DNA of 64,000 nt from Anaerolineae bacterium (GTDB lineage Bacteria > Chloroflexota > Anaerolineae > JAADDB01), in the NCBI GenBank assembly GCA_015490995.1, contig WFWT01000001.1, positions 10,021 to 74,020 of the forward strand, read 5' to 3'. This document shows, piece by piece, positions 29,753 through 38,751 of the stretch (positions within the stretch are counted from its first letter, which is position 1; each line of letters begins with the position of its first letter). The notes under the pieces were generated by a model. That model was not told the DNA's origin. It worked only from the letters and a program-made list of their open reading frames with translations, and ran no database searches. Position numbers and translations under genes: made by a program.

Positions 29753-30385
29753 CTATCCGCCGCTCAGGGGACGACCGGTAATGCTTTCGATGGCTTCCAC
29801 GGCTGCCCCATAGCCGGCCATGATATCCCGCTCCTCACCACCCAGGTAAACACGACCAAACGCTCCAAAGGCCCTCACCTCCAAGATGTTGATGTGGGCC
29901 CGCTTCTCGGCCTCGTTGGCAGCAAGGGCTGCATACCCCGCGGGCTCAACTTCTAAGACATAAAGGGTTTGCCCGGGAATAAGCATGTGCCCATGACGCA
30001 TCCGGTTGATCAGCTGGGCTTGAAGTCCGTGTACGTTCCGAATAATTTGGCTGGAAAGAATGCGAGGCTTCAGCCGGTCCTCCTCTTGGAGGCCCAGAGC
30101 CTCCAAAATAGCCACGCCCGCCGCGCGCACATCCGCTTGGGATGGCCCGTGCACTTCTAACAGGCCATACCGTCGTTCCACAATTTGCATGCCCGGGAAC
30201 ACCCCCGTGGCTTTGATGGCAATATCCGTCACCCGGTTGATCTCAATCCCCGGTGAGATCTCCACCCACAAGGAGGCATCGCCGGCCAACGGGAGGAATC
30301 CCTGGGCTACCGTGCCCAGAAAGGCGGCAAATTGGGGTTGCAAGCTATCAATGAACACAAACGACCGGAGTTGCACGTCACTCAT
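29753..30385 (-). CDS. BMC shell protein, double-stacking tandem-domain type (BMC-T, CcmP/CsoS1D-like)
   Basis: 210 aa with two BMC-like halves (...[20 protein letters not shown]... and ...[18 protein letters not shown]...GGEERD...), strongly reminiscent of carboxysomal CcmP. Overlaps the deoC stop by 8 nt. Confidence 0.72.
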   Translation of the reverse strand: MSDVQLRSFVFIDSLQPQFAAFLGTVAQGFLPLAGDASLWVEISPGIEINRVTDIAIKATGVFPGMQIVERRYGLLEVHGPSQADVRAAGVAILEALGLQEEDRLKPRILSSQIIRNVHGLQAQLINRMRHGHMLIPGQTLYVLEVEPAGYAALAANEAEKRAHINILEVRAFGAFGRVYLGGEERDIMAGYGAAVEAIESITGRPLSGG

Positions 30386-31292
30386 AGAGGGCCTCCTTTT
30401 GATGGGAAGGGTGTGCTACCTGGGCGGACGCAGAACCGGACTCGGTAACAATTTTCACACCCGCACTGGCACCGATACGTGTGGCGCCGGCGGCGATCAT
30501 TTGCCAGGCAACCTCTGCAGTGCGAATACCACCAGCAGCCTTTACCCCTACTTCTCCACCGACCACGCGACGCATCAGCGCGACATCCTCTACTGTAGCG
30601 CCGCCTGGACCGAACCCGGTGGAGGTTTTTACATAATCGGCTCCTGCAGCTTTCGCCAGCACACAGGCCTCCACTTTCTCTTCATCGGTCAGCAAGGCAG
30701 CTTCGATAATAACCTTCACGATCGCTCCCTGCCGATGGGCCACCTGGACTACAGCAGCGATGTCCTCTGCCACTGCCGCGTACTGCTTGGACTTAAGGCG
30801 GCCGATGTTGATGACCATGTCGATCTCACGTGCGCCATGCGCTATACTCCGCTCGGTCTCATATGCTTTTACCTCGGTCAACGTCGCCCCCAGGGGAAAG
30901 CCCACCACGGTACACACGGCAACATCGCTCCCGGCCAGCAGCTCTCGGCACAGGGCCACCCAGGTGGGATTAACACACACCGCAGCAAAACGGTATTGTT
31001 TAGCTTCCGCACACAAACGACGAACTTGCTCCTCAGTAGCATCCGGTTTGAGCAGAGTGTGGTCAATGTACCGAGCTAAATCGGAAGCCACATTGCCTAC
31101 GCCCAATCGGGCGCTTAACCGATCGGCCCCGGCATTCAACATGGCGCGGGCCGCTTCCGGGCTGTGAACAACGCAATTGCCATCACAGGAGGTACACACT
31201 TCGCAGGACGCGCGACCGTACCGACGCAGCACTTCGTCGGTAATGAGATCGATCAGTTGATCCAAAGTGTACTCCCCAATACGTTCAACCAT
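30378..31292 (-). CDS. deoC: Deoxyribose-phosphate aldolase (DERA) with 80-aa N-terminal extension (encapsulation-peptide-like helix plus CxxCxxCx3C motif)
   Basis: DERA core from [15 protein letters not shown] through the catalytic Lys regions ([14 protein letters not shown]). The N-terminal [18 protein letters not shown] helix and [13 protein letters not shown] motif precede the catalytic domain. Confidence 0.88.
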   Translation of the reverse strand: MVERIGEYTLDQLIDLITDEVLRRYGRASCEVCTSCDGNCVVHSPEAARAMLNAGADRLSARLGVGNVASDLARYIDHTLLKPDATEEQVRRLCAEAKQYRFAAVCVNPTWVALCRELLAGSDVAVCTVVGFPLGATLTEVKAYETERSIAHGAREIDMVINIGRLKSKQYAAVAEDIAAVVQVAHRQGAIVKVIIEAALLTDEEKVEACVLAKAAGADYVKTSTGFGPGGATVEDVALMRRVVGGEVGVKAAGGIRTAEVAWQMIAAGATRIGASAGVKIVTESGSASAQVAHPSHQKEALYE

Positions 31293-32013
31293 CTTTCCCT
31301 CGAGACCGCATGTAGCGTCGTTCGATTTGCATGATCTTATCCACCCGTCGCCGGTGTCGTCCGCCGCCGTACGGCGTCTCCAACCAGGTTTTCACAATCT
31401 GTTTGGCCAGGTTCGGGCCGATGAGGCCCGCGCCCAGGGTTAGCACGTTCGCGTGGTTGTGTTCACGGCTATTCACCGCGGTAGCTATATCATAGCACAT
31501 CGCAGCACGAACGCCCGGAACTTTGTTACACACCATACAGGAGCCAATCCCCGCGCCGTCGATCATGATGCCATACGTCACTTTACCCTGGGCCACCAGT
31601 TGTGCCACCGCGTACGCGAAGTCCGGATAATCGACGCTTTCCGTACTGTGAGTGCCCACGTCGACACAATCCCACCCCAGCTCTCGCAGATAAGGCTTGA
31701 GGGTTTCTTTCAACGCGTATCCCCCATGATCGGCCCCAATGGCAATCACACGTGCATCCCGAGCCGTGACGTTGGGCACCAGCGTATCTTCCACCAGTTG
31801 AATACCACGCTCGCGTGCCCGCTCGCGGGCCAGAGGGGTAACAATAGCACCAGAGGGGACATGAACCACATCACCTTCCGAGAATCGCTCCACAAAAGCC
31901 GCGTCGATAAGGCGACGGTCCTCAGCGGTATTGTCTGTCACAGCCTGCTCAGCCACGAGGCGACGCACGATCTCTTCCACCAGACGACGGACATCCTCGC
32001 GAGAGGGATTCAC
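31285..32013 (-). CDS. rpiB: Ribose-5-phosphate isomerase B (RpiB/LacAB family) with 90-aa N-terminal extension carrying an encapsulation-peptide-like helix
   Basis: RpiB core begins [14 protein letters not shown] and includes the active-site Cys region [11 protein letters not shown]-terminal [17 protein letters not shown] amphipathic helix; start overlaps the lepB stop (ATGA). Confidence 0.85.
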   Translation of the reverse strand: MNPSREDVRRLVEEIVRRLVAEQAVTDNTAEDRRLIDAAFVERFSEGDVVHVPSGAIVTPLARERARERGIQLVEDTLVPNVTARDARVIAIGADHGGYALKETLKPYLRELGWDCVDVGTHSTESVDYPDFAYAVAQLVAQGKVTYGIMIDGAGIGSCMVCNKVPGVRAAMCYDIATAVNSREHNHANVLTLGAGLIGPNLAKQIVKTWLETPYGGGRHRRRVDKIMQIERRYMRSRGKDG

Positions 32014-32645
32014 GGCTCCTTCTCTCCAGATGACGGATGTTCAAAGGAGGATGGGTACGTGGCGTGGGGCACGGGACCGAAGCGGTCAAGCGGCCAGAAG
32101 CGCCACACGGCCTTGCCCACAATTAAATTTTGTTTCAACACGCCCCAGCTGTGGGAATCGTTGGAGTTGTTACGATTGTCTCCCAACACGTACACCTCGT
32201 CAGGCCCCACGGTGACCGGCGCGGCCGTGTATGTCGGAGACGCGAGAATATACGGCTCTGGAAGGGGCTGCCCGTTGATGTACACCCGCCCATCCTGGAT
32301 GGCCACCGTTTCCCCGGGCAAACCGATCACGCGCTTGATCAGCGTGCGTCGAGGGTTTAGAGGATATCGGAAGACAATGATATCCCCGCGCTGGGGATGA
32401 CCTTGCCAATACGCCATACGGTATACAAACACGTACTCCCCATCACTCAAGGTTGGCTCCATGCTGGTACCGGAAATACGAAAGTTGATGAACACAGCCC
32501 GCAACGTGAAAAACAAGATGAGGGTAATTAGAAAAACCTCCAACAATTGACGCAGCGCGCGGGCTAACTCCGAGGCTTCGATCTCATCCCCGGCCAGTGT
32601 GATGTACTCTTCCCTCACCTCTGAGATGCGCTCCTGCACGGTCAT
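32010..32645 (-). CDS. lepB: Signal peptidase I
   Basis: GTSMEPTL (catalytic Ser box), RGDIIVF, and GDNRNNSNDSH boxes; ATG at 32645 immediately after the gltX stop. Confidence 0.85.
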   Translation of the reverse strand: MTVQERISEVREEYITLAGDEIEASELARALRQLLEVFLITLILFFTLRAVFINFRISGTSMEPTLSDGEYVFVYRMAYWQGHPQRGDIIVFRYPLNPRRTLIKRVIGLPGETVAIQDGRVYINGQPLPEPYILASPTYTAAPVTVGPDEVYVLGDNRNNSNDSHSWGVLKQNLIVGKAVWRFWPLDRFGPVPHATYPSSFEHPSSGEKEP

Positions 32646-32649
32646 CGGT

Positions 32650-34170
32650 TCACACCGGCGTCGTTGCAATTAAGCGCTCGAGGCGGGCAATGGCCTCGTC
32701 CAAACGGCGCAACGTGGTTTCCCGTCCCAGGGCCAGGATCATGTCAAACAACGGAGGCGTGACTTTCTTTCCCGAGATAGCCACTCGGATAGGGCTGAAC
32801 ATCTGGCCAGCTTTCAAGCCCATGGCAGCTGCTTTGTCACGCAGCGCTTGTTCCAAGGCCTCCGCTTCAAAGGGCACGGTAGCGATAATCTCGCGCGCCG
32901 CACGCAACGCGGCCAAAGTCTCGGTCGCCGAAAGCTTCTTCGCGATCAACATCTCCGGATCATACGTTAAGGACTCGGCATACAAAAAGTCAAGCAGCGC
33001 CGTGGCCTCGGTAAGACGTTTAATCCGTTCCTGCACCGCTGGCAAAAGGCGACGCAACCGCTCGTCCTGACGCAACGTTTGCGCTGGAATTCCCAAATCA
33101 TGACTGAGGAAGGGAATCAGCCGCTCCAACAGCTCCTCTGTAGGGAGAGCACGAATGTAGACGCCGTTCAACCATTCCAGTTTGCTGTAAGGGGCAGCGG
33201 CCGGTTTCGGGTTGATATCCTTAATGTCAAAGTGCCGAACCGCCTCTTCCAGGGTGAATACCTCGGCTTCATCCGGAGGGGTCCACCCAATACGCGCCAA
33301 CCAGTTCACTATCGCTTCCGGCAAATATCCTTGTTCGCGAAAATCGCGCACCAAGATGGGCAAACCACTCTGCGCCGCGCGCCGTTTACTCATCTTGCCC
33401 TTGCCAGAAGGGTCAAGAATTACCGGCAAATGACAGTGAACGGGCATAGGCCACCCGAACGCGTCGTACAAAAGCTTGTGGCGGGGCAAGCTGGGAATCC
33501 ATTCCTCCCCACGGAGCACATGTGTGATTCGCATGTGATGATCGTCGACCACTACGGCCAAGTGATAAGTGGGAAACCCATCAGACTTCAACAACACAAA
33601 GTCATCCAGCGTATGCGCAGCTACCACTACCTCTCCCCGCAAAAGATCTTGAGCCACAACTTGGCCCTCCAGAGGGCTTTTAAAACGGATGACATAAGGC
33701 CGCCCTTCTGCCTCACGACGGGCTACCTCAGCAGGAGAGAGACGACGACAGCGGCGATCGTAGCGCGGCGGTTCACCACGAGCCTGCTGCTCCCGCCGCA
33801 TTTGGTCTAACTCCTCCGGTGTACAGAAACACTTGTACGCGTGCCCCTGCGCCACCAGCCAGTGAGCCCATTCCTGATACAGCTCCAACCGCTCGGATTG
33901 AACATAAGGCCCATAAGGACCACCTACATCAGGCCCTTCATCCCAGGCAAGCCCTAACCACCGCAACCCGTCCATGATGTCCTGTACCGAATCGGGCACG
34001 TAGCGCTTCCTGTCCGTATCTTCTATGCGAAGAACGAAAACCCCACCACAGTGACGCGCGTACAGCCAGTCATAAAGGGCGGTTCGAGCCCCACCTATGT
34101 GCAGGTAGCCTGTCGGGCTAGGTGCAAAACGCACGCGCACGGTTGTGGATATCGTTCCCTCGGATGCCAT
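32650..34170 (-). CDS. gltX: Glutamate--tRNA ligase
   Basis: Class-I HIGH region (PSPTGYLHIGGARTAL) and KMSKR motif; start at 34170 or 34188 (uncertain). Confidence 0.9.
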   Translation of the reverse strand: MASEGTISTTVRVRFAPSPTGYLHIGGARTALYDWLYARHCGGVFVLRIEDTDRKRYVPDSVQDIMDGLRWLGLAWDEGPDVGGPYGPYVQSERLELYQEWAHWLVAQGHAYKCFCTPEELDQMRREQQARGEPPRYDRRCRRLSPAEVARREAEGRPYVIRFKSPLEGQVVAQDLLRGEVVVAAHTLDDFVLLKSDGFPTYHLAVVVDDHHMRITHVLRGEEWIPSLPRHKLLYDAFGWPMPVHCHLPVILDPSGKGKMSKRRAAQSGLPILVRDFREQGYLPEAIVNWLARIGWTPPDEAEVFTLEEAVRHFDIKDINPKPAAAPYSKLEWLNGVYIRALPTEELLERLIPFLSHDLGIPAQTLRQDERLRRLLPAVQERIKRLTEATALLDFLYAESLTYDPEMLIAKKLSATETLAALRAAREIIATVPFEAEALEQALRDKAAAMGLKAGQMFSPIRVAISGKKVTPPLFDMILALGRETTLRRLDEAIARLERLIATTPV

Positions 34171-34375
34171 GGCCCGTTTTCCTCGCAAAGTTTCTAAGGA
34201 ATTTCCGAACGCCCTCGAATAGTGATGCCAAGATACCCCAAAGGCAGCCCAGCAAGGTCCGCCCCACTACCGGATACATGTCCAACCACCACATTGCGAT
34301 TGTACCCGGAACAGAACGGATGAGCAATTGCGCTCACCCAAGAATGCCAAACCCACACCAACATTGATACCCCCT

Positions 34376-34433
34376 TTGACAGTCTTATGCCCACACCGGG
34401 TATAATCCTGTGAAGCAGCTGACAAGACACCTG
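34376..34433 (+). promoter_or_regulatory. nadCAB-niaR promoter (TTGACA-N19-TATAAT) with candidate NiaR operator
   Basis: TTGACA at 34376-81, TATAAT at 34401-06, followed by the imperfect palindrome CAGCTGACAAGACACCTG (34416-33) between -10 and the start codon. Confidence 0.4.
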
Positions 34434-34458
34434 CCGGACATCTGCTGGAGCATACTTT

Positions 34459-35421
34459 ATGACCATAAGTAAAGTAACACCTCCAGCGTTCTGGGAAGTG
34501 GCCCTCCCGGAGGCCCACCGCGCGACGATGTGGGACACGTTGTGCCGGGCCGTCGCCGAGGATGTAGGTGACGGCGACGTCACGACCGCCGCGATTGTAC
34601 CTCCTGAGTTGTACGGACATGGCTATTATGTTACTAAAGCGGAAGGCGTCATTGCCGGCTTGACAGTCGCCAGAGCCGTATACTACCTACTGGATCGCCG
34701 TGTGCAGTTTACTCCTCACGTGGCTGAAGGCACACTTGTGCGCCCAGGACAGGTAATCGCCACCGTCCACGGGCCTGTCCCTGCCCTCCTGACCGGTGAA
34801 CGGGTAGCACTCAACTTTCTCCAACGCATGTCAGGAATCGCCACCTTAACACGTCAATTCGTAAATGCCATAGCCCACACGCGTGCGGTCATCCTTGACA
34901 CCCGCAAGACCGCTCCTGGCCTGCGATTGTTCGATAAATGGGCCGTACGTATCGGAGGGGGCGAAAACCACCGTCTGGGCCTGTATGACATGGTGCTTAT
35001 TAAGGAAAATCACATTAGCGCCGCCGGTACCCTGACCGAGGCAGTACGGCGTGTGCGTGCCCGCTACGGAAGACAATACCCGGTCGAAGTAGAGGTTCGC
35101 ACCCTGGAAGAACTGGTAGAAGCCCTACACTTAGGGGTGGATCGCATCCTGTTGGACAACATGGATGTGGCCACCTTGCGGAGGGCGGTTGCATTGGCCC
35201 AAGGTCGCGTGCCCCTGGAGGCGTCGGGCAATGTGACCCTGGCCAATGTGCGCGCGATTGCCGAAACAGGTGTGGATTACATATCCGTAGGGGCGTTAAC
35301 GCATTCTCCCCGCGCGCTGGACATTAGTTTCCTCTTACATCGGAAGAGCGGGGACGAAACAGAGACAGGCACCCAGCCCACACCAGCACAGCACAGGGAG
35401 GAAGCGCGATGCCGGCTGTAG
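34459..35421 (+). CDS. nadC: Nicotinate-nucleotide pyrophosphorylase (quinolinate phosphoribosyltransferase)
   Basis: QPRTase motifs (TRKTAPGLR, IKENH, LDNM) with a short C-terminal extension. Confidence 0.88.
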   Translation: MTISKVTPPAFWEVALPEAHRATMWDTLCRAVAEDVGDGDVTTAAIVPPELYGHGYYVTKAEGVIAGLTVARAVYYLLDRRVQFTPHVAEGTLVRPGQVIATVHGPVPALLTGERVALNFLQRMSGIATLTRQFVNAIAHTRAVILDTRKTAPGLRLFDKWAVRIGGGENHRLGLYDMVLIKENHISAAGTLTEAVRRVRARYGRQYPVEVEVRTLEELVEALHLGVDRILLDNMDVATLRRAVALAQGRVPLEASGNVTLANVRAIAETGVDYISVGALTHSPRALDISFLLHRKSGDETETGTQPTPAQHREEARCRL

Positions 35422-36473
35422 CAAGCGTTATCTCGGCAGAACAATTGTACGAACGGCTAAAGGCGCAGCTAGACGGTATTGCGCCGGATGTGGAACTCCG
35501 CTATAAAGCACAACTGGCGGCGGAAATCCTCCGATTAAAAGAAGAACGTAACGCGCTGATCCTGGGCCACAATTACATGGAACCCGCCCTGTACTATTCC
35601 ATTCCGGACTACACCGGAGACTCCCTGGAGCTCAGTCGCAAAGCGGCCCAAACCGACAAGGACATTATCGTGTTCTGCGGAGTCAAGTTCATGGCGGAAA
35701 CGGCTAAAATCCTCAACCCAGATAAACTGGTCCTTCTACCTTCGGAAAAGGCGGGGTGTTCCTTGGCCGGTAGCATCACCGCGGAGGATGTCCGCTGGTT
35801 AAAAGCGCGGTTCCCGGGAGTACCCGTCGTAGCGTACATTAACACGTACGCTGAGGTCAAAGCCGAGGCAGATATTTGCTGTACCTCCAGCAACGCGGCT
35901 GCGGTAGTAGAGTCCCTAGGCAGCGATACAGTGATCTTCATTCCAGACGAATACCTGGCCCGCAACGTGGCACGAGAAACCGGTAAGCACATCATCGTGC
36001 CCGTACGGCTACCGAACGGCCAACTCTCCGTTGATGATACTGTGGTTGACTACCAAATCATCGGCTGGTACGGCCGTTGTGAAGTTCACGAAAAGTTTAC
36101 AGTGGCCGACATCGAGGCCATTCGAGCACAGTTTCCCGACGTCGTAGTGCTGGCGCACCCGGAGTGTAGCCCGGACGTTGTGGCTGCGGCAGACTTTACG
36201 GGTAGCACCAGCGCGATGATCCGCTTCGTGCAGCAATCCTCCGCCCAACGTTACGTGCTCTTGACAGAATGCGCGATGGGCGACAACGTAGCAGCCGCGA
36301 CCCCAGATAAGGAAATGGTGCGTCTCTGCAGCATCCGCTGTCCGCACATGAACCAGATCACTTTGGAGGAAACTCTGAGCGCCCTCCGCCAGTTGCGGTA
36401 TGTTATCGATGTCCCTGAGCCCATTCGCTCTCGGGCACGTCGCGCCGTAGAACGTATGCTACACATCGGATAG
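35409..36473 (+). CDS. nadA: Quinolinate synthase
   Basis: NadA motifs (LILGHNYM, VKFMAETAKILNP, conserved Cys ligands); overlaps the nadC end. Confidence 0.9.
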   Translation: MPAVASVISAEQLYERLKAQLDGIAPDVELRYKAQLAAEILRLKEERNALILGHNYMEPALYYSIPDYTGDSLELSRKAAQTDKDIIVFCGVKFMAETAKILNPDKLVLLPSEKAGCSLAGSITAEDVRWLKARFPGVPVVAYINTYAEVKAEADICCTSSNAAAVVESLGSDTVIFIPDEYLARNVARETGKHIIVPVRLPNGQLSVDDTVVDYQIIGWYGRCEVHEKFTVADIEAIRAQFPDVVVLAHPECSPDVVAAADFTGSTSAMIRFVQQSSAQRYVLLTECAMGDNVAAATPDKEMVRLCSIRCPHMNQITLEETLSALRQLRYVIDVPEPIRSRARRAVERMLHIG

Positions 36474-36479
36474 GGCACC

Positions 36480-38039
36480 ATGCCCCACACCGTGGATGTT
36501 GTCGTTATCGGATGTGGCATTGCCGGTGGGATTGCTGCCCTGCGCCTCGCGGATGCGGGCCATAGGGTTGTCCTTCTCACCCGGAGCCATGACCCGCGAG
36601 AAGCTAACACATATTACGCTCAAGGCGGCATCGTCTACCGAGGGCGTAACGATTCACCCCAACAACTGGCCGATGACATCTTCCGCGCCGGAGCATATCG
36701 CAACCACCCCGACGCTGTCACCCTGCTGGCAGAAACAGGACCTTCCCTGGTAGAGCAGTGGCTTATCCGGCGACTGAAGGTCCCCTTTGACCGAGAGGCC
36801 GGCACATTCAGCTTGGTACGAGAAGGGGGCCATTCCGTGCCGCGCATCTTACATGCAGCAGATGCGACCGGCAAGGCCATCCATATCGCCCTTCTCCGGG
36901 CATTACAACAACACTCTCACGTTAATCTGTACCCAGGGCACACAGCTGTGGACGTGATCGTGGACAGGGAAACGACCACACCGCGGTGTGTGGGCGTGTG
37001 GGTGCTGGATCAAAGGACCGGCCAGATAATACCCATTCTGGCTCCGTTTACCATCCTAGCCACAGGAGGATACGGATACCTTTACGCCCGTACCACCAAC
37101 CCGGTCACCACACGGGGAGACGGTGTGGCTATGGCGTGGCGCGCGGGGGCGCGTGTGGGCGGGTTGGAGTACGTCCAGTTTCATCCCACGGCTTTCGCCC
37201 ACCCAGAAGCTCCGCCCTTCCTCATCTCTGAAGCCGTTCGCGGGGCCGGCGGCCGTCTTGTTCACGCGGATGGCTCCCCGTTCATGGCACGGTACGCGCC
37301 GGAATGGCAAGATCTAGCTCCCCGCGATATCGTCGCTCGGGCCATATTTGAGGAAATGCGCACTCACCACCTGAGCCACGTGTACCTCGACCTGTGCTCC
37401 GCATTGCCTGCCGAACACATCCGTCAGCGTTTTCCCACCCTGTACCTACGCTGTTTGAGGTACGGCGTAGACATTACCCGAGACCTTATTCCGGTCGCAC
37501 CGGCAGCTCACTACACTTGTGGCGGTGTACAAAGCGACCTGTGGGGACGCACTACACTCCCCGGCCTGTACGCCGTAGGTGAGGTTGCCTGGACGGGTGT
37601 ACACGGTGCAAATCGCCTGGCCAGCACATCTCTGTTGGAAGGACTGGTCTGGGGGGTGCGGGCTGCGGAGGACATCCTAAGCATGTCCCGCCCCGCCATT
37701 CCCTCCCGCATACCAGAGAAGTCTCCTCCACGGTTGCACAAATCCCCTCCTTCGACTATCCTTAAGACGTGGCGCGAGCAAATTCGGCAGCTCATGTGGG
37801 AGCATGTAGGCATTGTGCGGGATGCCCAGGGACTGGCCCTTGCCCGAGAACGGTTGGCGACCTTGGCGGAGGCCATAGAGGCAGCGTACAGTACATATGG
37901 TGTGACAGACAATCTGGTGGGTTTGCGTAACATGGTCCAGGTTGCACTCTTGGTGACAAGGGCGGCAGAAGCGAACCCCCACTGTGAAGGATGTCACTAC
38001 CGGGCAGACACCGTCCAGGCAGAGGCTCATGTCCGCTGA
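36480..38039 (+). CDS. nadB: L-aspartate oxidase
   Basis: FAD-binding VIGCGIAGG N-terminus, succinate-DH/fumarate-reductase flavoprotein fold (HPTA, GEVAWTGVHGANRL); directly follows nadA. Confidence 0.9.
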   Translation: MPHTVDVVVIGCGIAGGIAALRLADAGHRVVLLTRSHDPREANTYYAQGGIVYRGRNDSPQQLADDIFRAGAYRNHPDAVTLLAETGPSLVEQWLIRRLKVPFDREAGTFSLVREGGHSVPRILHAADATGKAIHIALLRALQQHSHVNLYPGHTAVDVIVDRETTTPRCVGVWVLDQRTGQIIPILAPFTILATGGYGYLYARTTNPVTTRGDGVAMAWRAGARVGGLEYVQFHPTAFAHPEAPPFLISEAVRGAGGRLVHADGSPFMARYAPEWQDLAPRDIVARAIFEEMRTHHLSHVYLDLCSALPAEHIRQRFPTLYLRCLRYGVDITRDLIPVAPAAHYTCGGVQSDLWGRTTLPGLYAVGEVAWTGVHGANRLASTSLLEGLVWGVRAAEDILSMSRPAIPSRIPEKSPPRLHKSPPSTILKTWREQIRQLMWEHVGIVRDAQGLALARERLATLAEAIEAAYSTYGVTDNLVGLRNMVQVALLVTRAAEANPHCEGCHYRADTVQAEAHVR

Positions 38040-38541
38040 ACAACGGCGCCAACGCATTCTCGAGATCCTGCGCTCATCCACAACACCGGTAACCGGTACT
38101 CAGTTGGCAACCTGGCTCGGCGTCAGCCGTCAAGTGATTGTCCAGGATATAGCCATCCTGCGCGCGGCCGGGGAAGCCATCTATGCCAGCCCACGCGGGT
38201 ACTTCCTGTACGAACGCGCACCGGCCCGACAACGTACCGTGATCGCCGTACGCCACACCCCCGCGCAAACAGAGGACGAACTGCTGGCGCTCGTTGACGC
38301 CGGGGTGGAAGTGATAGACGTCATCGTCCAACATCCCATTTACGGCGAACTGCGGGGAATGCTACACATCGCCTCTCAAGCCGACGTGTACGCGTTCATG
38401 GAACGTATGCGCATCACGCGCGCGCACCTGTTGAGCGAACTCACGGACGGCCTCCACCTACACACATTGGAAGCACGCGATCCGGCCGCCCTGGAACGAG
38501 CACGGCAGGTCATGCGAGAACGAGGATATTTAGTGGAATAA
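38029..38541 (+). CDS. niaR: Niacin-responsive transcriptional repressor (NiaR/YrxA family: HTH_11 plus 3H domain)
   Basis: N-terminal HTH (RILEILR...VTGTQLATWLGVSRQVIVQDIAILR) and C-terminal 3H-domain His residues; ATG at 38029 overlaps the nadB 3' end by 11 nt. Confidence 0.75.
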   Translation: MSAEQRRQRILEILRSSTTPVTGTQLATWLGVSRQVIVQDIAILRAAGEAIYASPRGYFLYERAPARQRTVIAVRHTPAQTEDELLALVDAGVEVIDVIVQHPIYGELRGMLHIASQADVYAFMERMRITRAHLLSELTDGLHLHTLEARDPAALERARQVMRERGYLVE

Positions 38542-38751
38542 CAGCGCCTTTCCCCCTCGCGGATCAAATTGCCTCTCTGGCAGTACCCTCACGCGTTTTA
38601 CCCGTTTATCGCTTATGGGGATGGGATATCCGATCATAAGAGCGCCCGATTCAGGCCTATATGTCCAACCTGTAGTATAATCCTATCTAATGAGACTTTC
38701 ATATCGGCCTAACCCAAGCAACAAACAGCATACCCTTCTGGTACGTTAACT

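Noticed and set aside
38542-38751. 210-nt intergenic region after niaR examined for a small RNA or tRNA.
   Set aside because: It contains only an extended -10 promoter (TGTAGTATAAT) for the GntR gene. There is no stable hairpin or conserved RNA motif.
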